Assembly (NCBI GenBank): GCA_024679065.1
Contig: JAGIQG010000009.1
Coordinates: 93,310,001 to 93,374,000 of the forward strand
DNA length: 64,000 nucleotides
From: Sphyrna mokarran
Taxonomy: Eukaryota
Direction of reading: 5' to 3'
Positions 12,148 through 22,883 of the stretch are shown here, in pieces. A program made the position numbers and the translations under genes. Numbering within the stretch: position 1 is the first letter of the stretch; every line of letters begins with the position of its first letter. The notes beneath the pieces are model-generated. The model saw only the letters and a list, made by a program, of their open reading frames with translations, had not been told where the DNA came from and made no database searches.

Positions 12148-14618
12148 TGTAATATAAATATAATATTATTAATATGTAATATAAACAGGGCCTAGGTTTA
12201 AGGCTGATAAAATTGGATACCCTAAATTAAAGAATTGGGCATATTAAAAATCAAACACAATCAAACCTCAGGCAGGCCAACTGTACAATACACAAACATA
12301 GAACATAGAACATTACAGCGCAGAACAGGCCCTTCGGCCCTTGACGTTGCGCCGACCAATTAGGAACAAGCAGTGACCCCCTAACCTAAACCATTTCCTT
12401 TTCATCCATAAACTTATCTACTAACCTCTTAAAAACGCCACCAAACTTGGCACATCTACAACTGATGCAGGCAAGGCATTCCATACCCTTACCACCCTCT
12501 GGGTAAAGAACCTACCTCTGACATCTGTCCTAAAACCACCACCCCTTAATTTAAAGCTATGTCCCCTCGTGCTAGCTTTCTCCATCCTAGGAAAAAGGCT
12601 ATCACTGTCCACCCTATCTAAACCTCTAATCATCTTATATGTTTCAATAAGGTCTCCTCTTAGCCGCCTTCTTTCTAACGAAAACAACCTCAAATCCTCA
12701 GCCTCTCTTCATAAGACCTGCCCTCCATACCAGGCAACATCCTGGTAAACCTCCTCTGTACCCTCTCCAATGCCTCCACATCTTTCTTATAATGCGGGGA
12801 CCAGAACTGCACACAATACTCCAAGTGCGGCCGCACTAGAGTTTTGTACAGTTGCAACATGACGTTGCGGCTCCGAAATTCAATCCCCTACCAATAAAAG
12901 CTAAGACTCCGTATGCCTTCTTAACAACCTTATCGACTTGACTGCCAACTTTCAGGGATCTATGCACACATACACCAAGATCCCTCTGTTCATCAACACT
13001 ATTAAGAATCCTACCATTAGCCCTATACTCTACACATTTATTATTCCTGCCAAAGTGCATTACCTCACACTTTTTCACATTAAACTCCATTTGCCACCTC
13101 TCGGCCCAGCTCTGCAACTTGTCCAAGTCTCTCTGCAAATTATAACACCCCTCTTCACTATCTACCACTCCTCCAACTTTAGTGTCATCCGCAAATTTAC
13201 TAATCCATCCTTCAATACCCTCATCCAGATCATTTATAAAAATTACAAACAGCAGGGGCCCCAAAACAGATCCCTGAGGTACACCACGAGTAACCAAACT
13301 CCACGATGAATATCTCCTATCAACCACCACCCTCTGTCTTCTATCTGCTAGCCAATTCCTAATCCAATTAGCTAAATCACCCTCAATCCCATACATCTGC
13401 ATTTTCCGCAGAAGCCTTCCATGGGCCACCTTATCGAATGCTTTACTAAAGTCCATATATACCACATCAACTGCCTTACCCCCATCCACCTCTTTGGTCA
13501 CTTTTTCAAAAAACTCACTAAGGTTAGTAAGGCACGACCTACCCTTCACAAAACCATGCTGACCATCCCCAATCAATTCATTTCTCTCTAAATAACTATA
13601 AATCCTATCCCTAATAATTCTCTCCAATACTTTGCCCACAACAGAAGTAAGACTCACCAGCCTATAATTCCCCGGAAAGTCTCTCTTCCCCTTCTTGAAC
13701 AATGGGACCACATTCGCTATCCTCCAGTCTTCAGGCACTATACCTGTAACCAATGACAACCTGAAGATCAGAGCCAGAGGCTCTGTAATCTCCTCTCTCG
13801 CCTCCCAGAGAATCCTAGGGTAAATCCTGTCCAGCCCAGGGGACTTATCTAACTTCAAACCCTCAAGGATGTCTAGCACATCCTCCTTATCTACTTCAAT
13901 ACTTTCCAGTTTGCAACCCTGTATCCCAGTGTTCTCCACAAACATGTCTGAGCCTGATTCATCAATCTCCCATCAAGGTCATTGCACCCGACTGATACTC
14001 AGCAGGAGATCATTGCATTGGCCTATTGTTAGAAGACCAGATTGGGTCAGACTTCGTCACCGCAAGTTCCTGCAGTTGGCTTAATCTGATAACAGGTTAC
14101 ATGCAAGTAATAGCATGGAGATGGACACCTGGGGGCGGACCCTGGTGTCCTGTTAGGCAGACATCAAGAAACCCACTGGGACCTCATTGGCCAGAAGCCA
14201 GAGAAGTCAGACAAGTTTCTGGAAAGGCAAGCAGGCAAGAGATAAAGGAATACATTTTCAGACACCAGGGATGAAGTCTCGATGAAGGACGCAACCCTTG
14301 ACCAATGGAAGACTGACCAGAAAAGGAAGGAAGCAAGGAAGAAGCTGCCATCGAGACTCACCTTCGTGACGATGGACCAGAGGGACTCAGAATCAAGTCT
14401 GCAGTTTTAACAAAACCATATTTGTGGGTAGTATATTTGAATCTGGGGTATCCTCTTGTTTCATGTGGGTAATTTAAGGGCAAGTAGTGTTATTGTTAAT
14501 AAACTTGTTGGACCTTTACTTGTGTTTGTCGTTTGACCATCTTGCAAATAAGGGCACCAGAGTAAAACATCAGAGTAAGCAAACTAGTAGAAAGCATCTG
14601 ATATTTAAAATCACAACA
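12148..14618 (+). mobile_element. Solo LTR (TG...CA, 4-bp TSD gtca) interrupted by a CR1
   Basis: Begins tgtaat (12148) and ends acaaca (14618). gtca lies at 12144-12147 and 14619-14622, and aataaa at about 14498. About 0.83 kb once the CR1 is removed. Confidence 0.65.
12300..13936 (-). mobile_element. Young 5'-truncated CR1 LINE (RT domain, with frameshifts near the 3' end)
   Basis: ORF 12836-13945 has [19 protein letters not shown] and FADD. (ATGTTCT)n tail; 9-bp TSD cacaaacat at 12291-12299 and 13937-13945. Confidence 0.97.
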
Positions 14619-14859
14619 GTCACCTTTGCTACTCATCTGGGTCATGGCTTGGTCCCTTCTTAGCCTCTTCTCTGTTTGGTCTTCCTAATCTGTTGCTAAT
14701 ACATCAGTTAATCTTCTGCTCATTCCTCCTCCATTGATTTGATCTACTGAGAAGTGGGAAGTTTAGGGGTTGGGGAGGGTGAGTGGTACTGATGTCTAGT
14801 GGTTTGTTGCCTCACTTCATTCCATCCTCTAGACCCTATTTCTGTCCTCCTTTCTCTGA

Positions 14860-15760
14860 TTCTGCTCACTGGCAGGCAAAGGTTTACAAGTCTGCTAGAC
14901 AATAATCAGACTCACAGTTCTGTTTGCTTACTCTGCAATTGTTTTTTGCCACCTGTGCATAACTGAGGTACTGTGTGTGTGTGTGCCAAATCTTGTAGAG
15001 ATGGCCTGCCTTACCACATAGACAAGATTGCAGGCAGTAACCTATCTGATGCCCTTTGTGCTTGTGGTTCTTGAAGGTGGTAGCACTGCAATTGGCCTCC
15101 ATATGCCAAATTTACTGCTGTATTGATAAACTTTGGGTTTTCTGAGGTACGTAAGATAGCTTGGATTTCCATGGATAGAGAATGTGAGGGAGAGTAGAGA
15201 TTGCTACCAAAACATCCCTCTTGAATGAAATCTTGAATTGCCATTTGCTGGTCTAAATCCCAAAGCTATGCTATCATCAATTGCAACCTCATTGGCTCAC
15301 CTAGCAAGGAACGTGAGCACATCAATGATAGGAATAGAGGACTGTAGAGAAGCACAACATCGGATGGTACTGTTGTGACAGAGGCGTGAACAAGGGCTCA
15401 GATATGAAGATTCTCAGGTGTGGCAGGCCTCTCTTTTACTTGTACACCTACTGAAATGTCCTGCACACAACAACATTCTTGAAAGTCATGCCAAAGTATC
15501 CAGTGTTGGCAAGGGCTTGCAAACAGTGGATGCCCATGGCTTCAAATCCATAGGATTCCAAATGAAATGATGAAGCCACGGCCTTTGCCAGCTTTCACTA
15601 TCACCCCAATGTGTTACATAGTCCTAGTTTAGGGCATATCCAATTGCAGCTCTTAAGTTCTCAATGTTAAGCAGTGAAATCCTTTCAGCGTGAACAAACA
15701 CCACACAGATGACCTCCATATTCACAAAACATCAAAGACTTTGCTGAAACCCCCAATAAA
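14860..15760 (-). mobile_element. Decayed L1/Tx1-type ORF1 (zinc-knuckle) relic
   Basis: Degenerate CCHC knuckles ..MEANC..KNHKHKGHQIGYC..CLCGKAGHLYKI, followed by SYAQVA. Confidence 0.6.
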
Positions 15761-15895
15761 AGAAATGAAACCAACAAAAAAACACTAAATGCATGGAGGG
15801 ACAAACCATGAACAGAATCTCTCGACCCGTCCAATTACTCACTAAAGATGAACGCCCCAGTATACAGTCACTGAGATCTTCCCGGCTGTATTACT

Positions 15896-16016
15896 GACAA
15901 TAAGAAGTCTCACAACACCAGGTTGAAGTCCAACAAACAAACTTGTTTAACATTCATCTGGCGCTGTGAGGCTTCTAATTGTGTTTACTCCAGTCCAACG
16001 CCAGCATCTCCACATC
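15896..16016. mobile_element. Short Penelope-like terminal-repeat remnant with 8-bp TSD
   Basis: taagaagtctcacaacaccaggttgaagtccaac...ccagtccaacgccagcatctccacatc, flanked by gtattact at 15888-15895 and 16017-16024. Family call is from recalled shark repeats. Confidence 0.65.
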
Positions 16017-16027
16017 GTATTACTCAC

Positions 16028-16076
16028 CTGCAGAGACCTCACTACACAAAAGGATCAGCACTGTCAGTCCAAGCAT
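16028..16076 (-). CDS. MHC class I heavy chain, exon 1 (signal peptide MLGLTVLILLCSEVSA)
   Basis: Minus strand reads aacaATGCTTGGACTGACAGTGCTGATCCTTTTGTGTAGTGAGGTCTCTGCAG|gtgagt. The 49-nt exon has a phase-1 donor and joins exon 2 as G|AC (Asp), giving ...SA-DSHSLRY. Too short for the ORF track. Confidence 0.85.
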
Positions 16077-16199
16077 TGTTATTTCCTTCGACTGGCTAGG
16101 ATAAAAAAACTATTTTTCGGACACACTGTTGTTCGGTGTTCCTGAGCTGTGTGCCCCCCTGCTGCATGTGTTAAACAAGGAAATGCTCCTCGTTTCCTC

Positions 16200-16290
16200 A
16201 ACCACCTCCGCATTGATTGGTTGGACAGTGTATTTACATCCAATCGGAATAAGGATCTCGCTGTGAATAATCAGTATCCGTACGGAAGAG
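16200..16290 (-). promoter_or_regulatory. MHC class I proximal promoter: inverted CCAAT (Y-box-like) followed by a CCAAT box
   Basis: Minus strand has ccgATTGGat (about 16240-16244), then aaCCAATca (about 16216-16220), 140-170 bp upstream of the ATG in locally CpG-retaining sequence. This is the order seen in vertebrate class I promoters. X and S boxes were not confidently identified. Confidence 0.55.
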
Positions 16291-16448
16291 ACTATTTCTG
16301 AATCGGAATAACCATCAAATAGCACATGATCATATGCCCAGTCCAAGAAATTCTATTATCGTCATTTATCAGGGATAGTAACAGAAAAAAAAATTGTTGA
16401 TCAATCTGGCACGTAAAAATCGATTTGCATTTCAACAGAAACTACAGT

Positions 16449-16750
16449 GTGCAGCATGGTGGCACAATGTTTTAGCACTGTGCCTCACAGCTCCAGGAAC
16501 TTGGGTTCAATTCCTGGCATATGTTTTTGTTTGCGTGGGTTTCCTCCAAGTGCTCCAGTTTCCTCCCACAGTCCAAAAATGTGCAGGTTGTGTGACCATA
16601 GTAAGTTGTCTTAGTTCCTGTGATGTGTAGGTGAGAGGGATTATTGGTGCAAATGTATAGGGTTATGAGGATAGTATCTGGATTCTGGTTGGTGCAGACT
16701 CGATGGGCCGATTGGTCTCCTTCTGCACTATAGAAATTCTATGATTCTAT
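16449..16750 (+). mobile_element. V-SINE (HE1-like) upstream of the MHC promoter
   Basis: Head, V-domain (gtgggtttcctcc..tgctccagtttcctcccacagtccaaa) and ttctatgattcta tail. Confidence 0.88.
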
Positions 16751-17460
16751 AAAAAACCTGCGACTACAGCAGCTACAATAAAAGCAGCACAGTATATAAA
16801 TGCGTGCTATTGCTAAGAAATGTTCAGATGAGCAGTTTATATTCGTATGAACTCATAATTTTGATTCAACATTACCGATAAAGACTGAAGGATTCCAGAA
16901 CGTGGACTAATGTGTTTATACAAGGGTCACAATGGACAGAATAGGAAACCAATCTCACAGTAAGAATAGAGTGACAACAACTTTGTTAAACACCTTCAAA
17001 TTGTCTTCAAGCAAGACTCAAACTTTGTTGTTGCTTGCCACTTCAACACACCATTCTGCTCTCCTGCCACATGCCAACCTTGGCATTTTACAAGGTTCTC
17101 ATGAACTAGGAGGGGGCATTTAAAAGTTGACTCTAATCTCTTCCCATAGATGCTGTCAGAGCTGCTGAAATTTTCCAGCATTTCTTTTTGTTTTTGAATC
17201 AGCAACATTTCAGGAGATACACCAAAAACAAAGTTGCAGATGTTAAAGAGGCATATTTGATTAAAATGATGAATCAAAGAAGCAAAATATCTTGGATGTC
17301 CAGGTACAGAAAATGTATACGCACAGATTTAACAAAAAAACTCAATATTTTGGCTGTCAGATCCAAGATCGCACATTTTCCTACCATTAAGTACTGAAAA
17401 CTATCTCCAGTTTACTGCTATAGTTGGGTCTCACTGCCCACCTTTCTGTGCCATTGCATA

Positions 17461-17606
17461 CATGACGCAGAGATGCCAGCATTGGACTGGGGGGGGGGGG
17501 GGGTGGTAAACACAGTAAGAAGTCTCACAACACCAGGTTTAAGTTCAACCAGTTTATTTGATAGTCAATCTAGATGATCAAATAAACTGGTTGGACTTAA
17601 ACCTGG
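17461..17606. mobile_element. Second Penelope-like terminal remnant, with a 30-bp inverted repeat
   Basis: Same family as 15896-16016. Arms 17533-17562 and 17577-17606 differ by one mismatch. Confidence 0.65.
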
Positions 17607-17889
17607 CCATTACATACATCCAGCACTTCCTGTGTTAAGCGTGTTGTTTATTTTCCACTCAAAGTTGGCAAGATCATCAGACTCTGATGGTGGCCTGGAC
17701 ATTTTTATGGCAGTTTGTACATTTCTATGTATATTGCACATTTATTGTATTTAATGTTTTCTGCCCTTTTCTGCACATTTCTGTTCACCCTGTTCTGTCC
17801 CACTAGTAGCTACTACTATTGATTGGAGCTTGCTGTTTTGGTTTGTCAAGTCAGCAACTCCTCTGTAAAGTCTTTCAACCAACTACACA

Positions 17890-20280
17890 GAGGTGATCCT
17901 CTTTTCTCCTGTCTCCAATTTGCCCTCTCAAAGAGAATAGTTGTAGCATTTCAGTTCAGGCTAAATGGCTGAAATGCTGATGTTTTCTTTTCTGGGTTTC
18001 ACTTCTTAAAATTATTTTGCTTTTGCTATTTCAAGCACCTCTTCATTTGCTGAATACAGAATTGCGAGCAACCTGGGTAGAGTGGATTGGAAGAGCTGAT
18101 TTACCTTAGCTGAGAGGCCAGTAATTCGGGACATAGATTTCAAATGATTGGTCCAAAAGAATTTAGAGGGGTAATTAGGATTTTTATTTTTACCCAGAGG
18201 GAATTAGGGGGCCAGGACTGATTACCTGAATGTGTGATTACTCATTTAAAAGGTATCTCAAGTATCATAACCCATAGCGCTATGAACCAAATGCTGGGAA
18301 AATGGTATCAGACTGGGTGGCTCATTTCTCAGCTGGCACAGACATGATGGACCAAGTGTCCTTTTACTGTGCTGTAAACATTCTATGATTTTATGACTCA
18401 TTGCTGTTTTTGGTCTATATGGAATGTGAAATTCTAAGCATACATCTTAGCATCCAAATTTAAAGGCCCTGATTTTCTTCCAAAGATCTTTATTTATTTT
18501 CCAGATTTTTGATGCGTGCAAGAAAGTGGCTAGAATACAGCTTCTATTGAATTTCTTTTCCTTGTGTTTTGTTGTTCTTAACACATCATCTATCTTCACA
18601 AAATTATTTCTGGCTATCTCTATCCTTGTTCTCACTTTGACCTCACACCTACCACCTTGTCATGATCTATTCTAAGTAGGTAAACCTACCCACCTTTTCC
18701 AGTTTGATGTTTTCTTTTTAACTATTGCTGCTTTTGTAATTTTGGTGTTCATCCACAATCCAGATTCTAAAGGCCTGAGTTTTATTTGCTCAATTATATT
18801 TTGTGAAGTGTCTTCTGATTCAGCAACTAGTGCCATGTTGTTAGCTTACCTACAGGTTGATTGTGATCCTGCTTCCAAATTTTAGCCCTGGAAGTATATC
18901 TAACTCTTCTGTGTACAGATTGAATAATTTTGGCAACAATAAATAGTCTGGTTATAATCCTTTCTTCAGTTGGAACATATCCAATTGTCTACCTTCTAGA
19001 CTGCTGCTCGCTATTTGGTCCTAATATGGCTTCAGCATAAAGGTCACTCACTACAAATTTCAGCAACACATTTCATAGCTTATGGTAATAAACATATCAA
19101 TTCTTTCACTATATGAACTATATGTAAATATTATTCTGTAATAAACCCCAACACTTACATGGGAACCCCTGTTTGGCCTTCCAGCTGGACTTATTTGTGT
19201 TCCTGGTTGATTATAATTACCTTAACAGGTGGAACTTATATCCTGAGCCCTTTATAAAGCAAGCCCCTAAATGGGTCCATTATTGTAATTTCCCAACTAG
19301 GACCTGTATGTGTTCACCACAGACCTCGTGTTTTGCTTTACTTTTACTTTACTTTTACTTTGTACAGTAAAACACTGTTCTTTTACAACTGACTCCTGAA
19401 TTATTATATATTACTTTCAGATATTTATTGAATATTGTTCTTGGGATAAATATTTCCTCTTTTGAACCTACCCTCTTTTGTGATAGTTATAACTACCTCT
19501 TTTGTGATAGTTATAGGACGGATATCAGAGGTAGGTTCTTTACCCAGAGGGTGGTTAGGGAGTGGAATGCCCTGCCTGCGGCAGTTGTAGATGCGCCAAG
19601 TTTGGTGGCATTTAAGAGGTTAGTTGATAAGTTTATGGAAGAGAAGGGAATGGTTTAGTTTGGAGGGTCATTGCTTTTTTCATAATTGGTTGGCGCAACA
19701 TCGAAGGCCGAAGGGCCTGTTCTGCGCTGTAATGTTCTATGTTCTATGTTCTACCCTGCTTTTCTCCTGTTATGATCTCCAAAGTGAATTTAACAGATCA
19801 CTCATTGAGCTGATTGTTCTAAAATGATTGCATTCCACTTCTTTAGAATTCTTTAGCTGTCTTTTGCAACAAATAATGCATGTTTCATGCCTTTTGGAAT
19901 ATAATGAACTAATTTCTGTTATTGCTTCTATAATATATTGGTTTCTCAAAGTGCCTTTAGATCTTCTGTTATTATGTCATCTATGCTCATGTTTTTCCTG
20001 TGGTCATCAATTTAAAAAACATTCTTTTCTCTGATATCATAACATTTGGCTCATCATTTGCCTTTATATCTTGAGGAATGCCATGATTTGGATCATCATA
20101 TCCTATCTGTCTTTCTGTTGCATTTGCATCAAACAATATTTTCCAATCTTTGCCTTTTATGGATGCACTATATGTTGTTCTTTCTTTATTTCCGCCAGTC
20201 AAAGAATTCTCCTGCACAAATCTTTTGCTTCTTTCTGACTCCAATACTCAGGTCACATTATGCCATTTCTTTTTAAGCGT
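17890..20280 (-). mobile_element. Decayed RTE-clade LINE, interrupted by CR1 fragments
   Basis: RTRIEIARNNF...FLHASKIWKI...KKIRAF (RTE C-terminal motif) and SIKGKDWKILFD (EN-RT linker). Confidence 0.7.
19504..19752 (+). mobile_element. 3' fragment of the young CR1 family
   Basis: Near-identical to 27923-28160 (SYRTDIRGRFFTQRVV...EEKGMV*, ATGTTCT tail). Confidence 0.93.
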
Positions 20281-21219
20281 CTCTAAATGAAGTACTTAGC
20301 ATCCAGTGGTAGCATCCTGGGGAGGGAAGGAAGGGGGATGGTTGCAGTGGGAGTGATTGCTCCCCTGAGCACATTTTTCAGAAGTGGCACCTTTTATACT
20401 CACTAACTCTCACCCACATACAACTCCCTGACTGACAGGTTGATGAACCAATCCGGAGTACGATTCCTCACCCACTAACTGACAAGTTTACAGAGAGGCT
20501 GGAACCTGTATTAGTCAGGAAACATAAGGATTTGCTTCTTTGGCACACACTCTTACTAAAGGAGTCAGTTACTGTAATAGCAGTCGCTAAATTATTAAAT
20601 ATTGATCGTCAAAGCAGTTCTGAAGGAGATCATCCAATTACTCAGACCAAAGTGCAGGACTTAATTTATCAAATTTTCCCTCTTCAGTTTTTGCTTGTAA
20701 CACGGGAGCAGGAGCCTAGCCTTGTGATCTAATTTGCCAAAGTGTGGAAAGACAATAGAGTGGTAGGCATATTTGATATTTGTATACCAGTGGTCCTGGA
20801 TTTTTTTTTTGTGTTTTTATTCCAGTTCAATCCAACCAACTCCGATTCAGAGTCCCAACAAGTTGAGACATTCCCTATCCGTGCTGACAAAACAGGGCTC
20901 TCACCTCATGTCTTGGGCTTGATCTATGTGAGCCAAACTGATTGGTGTAGACGTACCTCATCCTCCAAGGCTTGATCTCATCTGCATCTGAGCCAAAAGG
21001 CCGAGATGCTGCTTTAAAAAATTGCTTCAAATGAAGCTAAAATGTAACCTAACTTGCTCTTCGAGTGGCACAATTGCTTTCTATTTTGCTCCCAGTCCTC
21101 TGTTTTATTTGAAATTATTTGATTTAGAAAGCAATCTTTTCCTTTATGGTCATGCTTGTAGCGCGTTCTATATTTTGCATTGAAAGGAAACCCAGGTTCC
21201 CAGACGCTGTGTTTTTTGA

Positions 21220-21560
21220 TTGACAGCTCCGATTGCGCGTTACGTCTTGCGTCATAATTGAACGTTATGACGCTTTCACTTACGTCCCGGACTGCCCACG
21301 CATGCGCTTTTCCAAGCTGTGAGGGGTTCCTTCAATAACGGAACGATGCCCCCAGTCTCAGATGAGAAATAGAGGCCATTTAGTTTGGGCGGATCTGGTG
21401 ATGCTGATGTGGAGAGGTCTACAGAAACAATGCTGGCTTATTGGTATCCGTTGGTTGTTTGGTCAGCGGCTCTTTTGATTGGCGCTGTTACGCAATCCAG
21501 ACGGTCACTCCTCCCATTGCAGGTTCCTCTGGCGGCGGTGCTAACCCCGTGACTCCTGAC
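21220..21560. promoter_or_regulatory. CpG-rich promoter-like island
   Basis: Dense CpG; inverted CRE-like half sites gcgtcataa-N7-ttatgacgc (21249-21273); NRF1-like acgcatgcgc (21298-21307); GC box (21387-21392); ATTGG at 21440 and 21478; C/EBP-like ttacgcaat (21488-21496). Confidence 0.7.
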
Positions 21561-21685
21561 TTCGTGAGGTCACATTGCTGAGTGCAGTGACCCCCTGTCT
21601 TTGAGTGGTTACAGTGGCTGACCTCTTATCTTTATGAGTTCACAGTGGCACTGTGAGCCCTGTCTTTGTGAAGGCATAGTGCTTG
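21550..21685 (+). repeat. Degenerate tandem repeat of about 30 bp (gacccctgtctttgtgaggtcacagtg-like, about 4 copies)
   Basis: Visible recurrence of ccctgtctttg...acagtg. Confidence 0.55.
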
Positions 21686-22883
21686 CGGATATGATATAGG
21701 CTGTCCACAAGAACGGGAGGAGGACATTCAGCCCCTCAAGCATTATAGCATTCCAATGATAGCATGGCTGATCTTTGATCCAACTGATTCCAACTTACTC
21801 CCTATTCCCATAATGCATTTGGATGGTAAACATTTCCATTATCTCGGAGTCAGGGAGAGAGGAGGAGAATGGTAAAGTGACTTACTGAGGGATTGTGTGA
21901 ATTTTTATCCTTGCGGTGCCCAATATGTTAGCGAGGCTCAGTTGTTTACTGTTGGCCACCTTGCGGTCAAAAGTGTCATGAGGTTGCAGAAGGATACAGC
22001 ACAGAAGGAAGCTATCCAGCCAGTTTTGCCTGTACTACCTCTGTGAAAGAACAATTCAATTAGTCCCTACTCCCACAACCATTTCACCTTCAGTTGTTTG
22101 TCTCTTTCCCTTATGAAAGATAAATATACATTGTCCTTCCGTCTTCAGTCAGTGGAAACCAAATCATAAGAACCCATTATATAAACAAAAAAATCATTTA
22201 CTGCCCCTCCCTTTTGGTTCAAGTAATTGTCTGATTCTCTTTTGTTTGCAGATTGATTTTGGATTGTCCAGAAATCAGATTAATACAAGGGAGCTTGTGT
22301 GATTACCCATGCTCTGTGGTAAGATCATTTTCTCTCTCCTGTTTTCCAGGTTTTCCTATTTGAATCTGTGAACTGATATGAGGACTCAGCAAAATCAACT
22401 GCAGCTGTAACTGATAGTTTCTCCACATCAATGTTTTATCTTCCTGTATGTCAAGCACCAAAGAGTAAGTGTCTGATAGTGTGATATATTTCTTAATTCC
22501 AAGTCTGGGAAAGTTTTGTTTTTTGATATTTTCCACTTCATGTTCAAATTTCTTTATGGGCTCTTTCCTTCTTGGGAATTCATGCAGCTTTATAATCTTT
22601 CCTCGGTAATGCATAGGTAATGGAATTTATCCCTTCCAACAGAAGGTATATGACTGCCCCCTGTCCCCATTTCATTGAGTCCTGCTTAAGTGAACAACCT
22701 GAATCCTTTCTCACAATCCTCGCATTTCCTTGGTTTGTTTGTGGTGCAGGTGCACTTGTGTCTAATCAGTTGAACTTTCGTCCACACAGAAAACACACTA
22801 ACAATTTCTGCCCACTGTAATAGTGTAGTGTTATTTCAGACCATGAGACTGATTTAAAACTCATCCTAGTCTGGATGGCAAAG

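Noticed and set aside
12836-13945. Long reverse-transcriptase ORFs (also 22892-24075 and 51415-52870) as host genes or a retron-like system
   Set aside because: They are 5'-truncated, frameshifted CR1 ORF2 fragments with LINE tails.
21430-21552. 40-aa ORF MLAYWYPLVVWSAALLIGAVTQSR... resembling a signal peptide (tapasin-like first exon?)
   Set aside because: No strong splice donor and no matching downstream Ig exons; its hydrophobicity follows from the TTGG/ATTGG promoter motifs. Not excluded, but unsupported.
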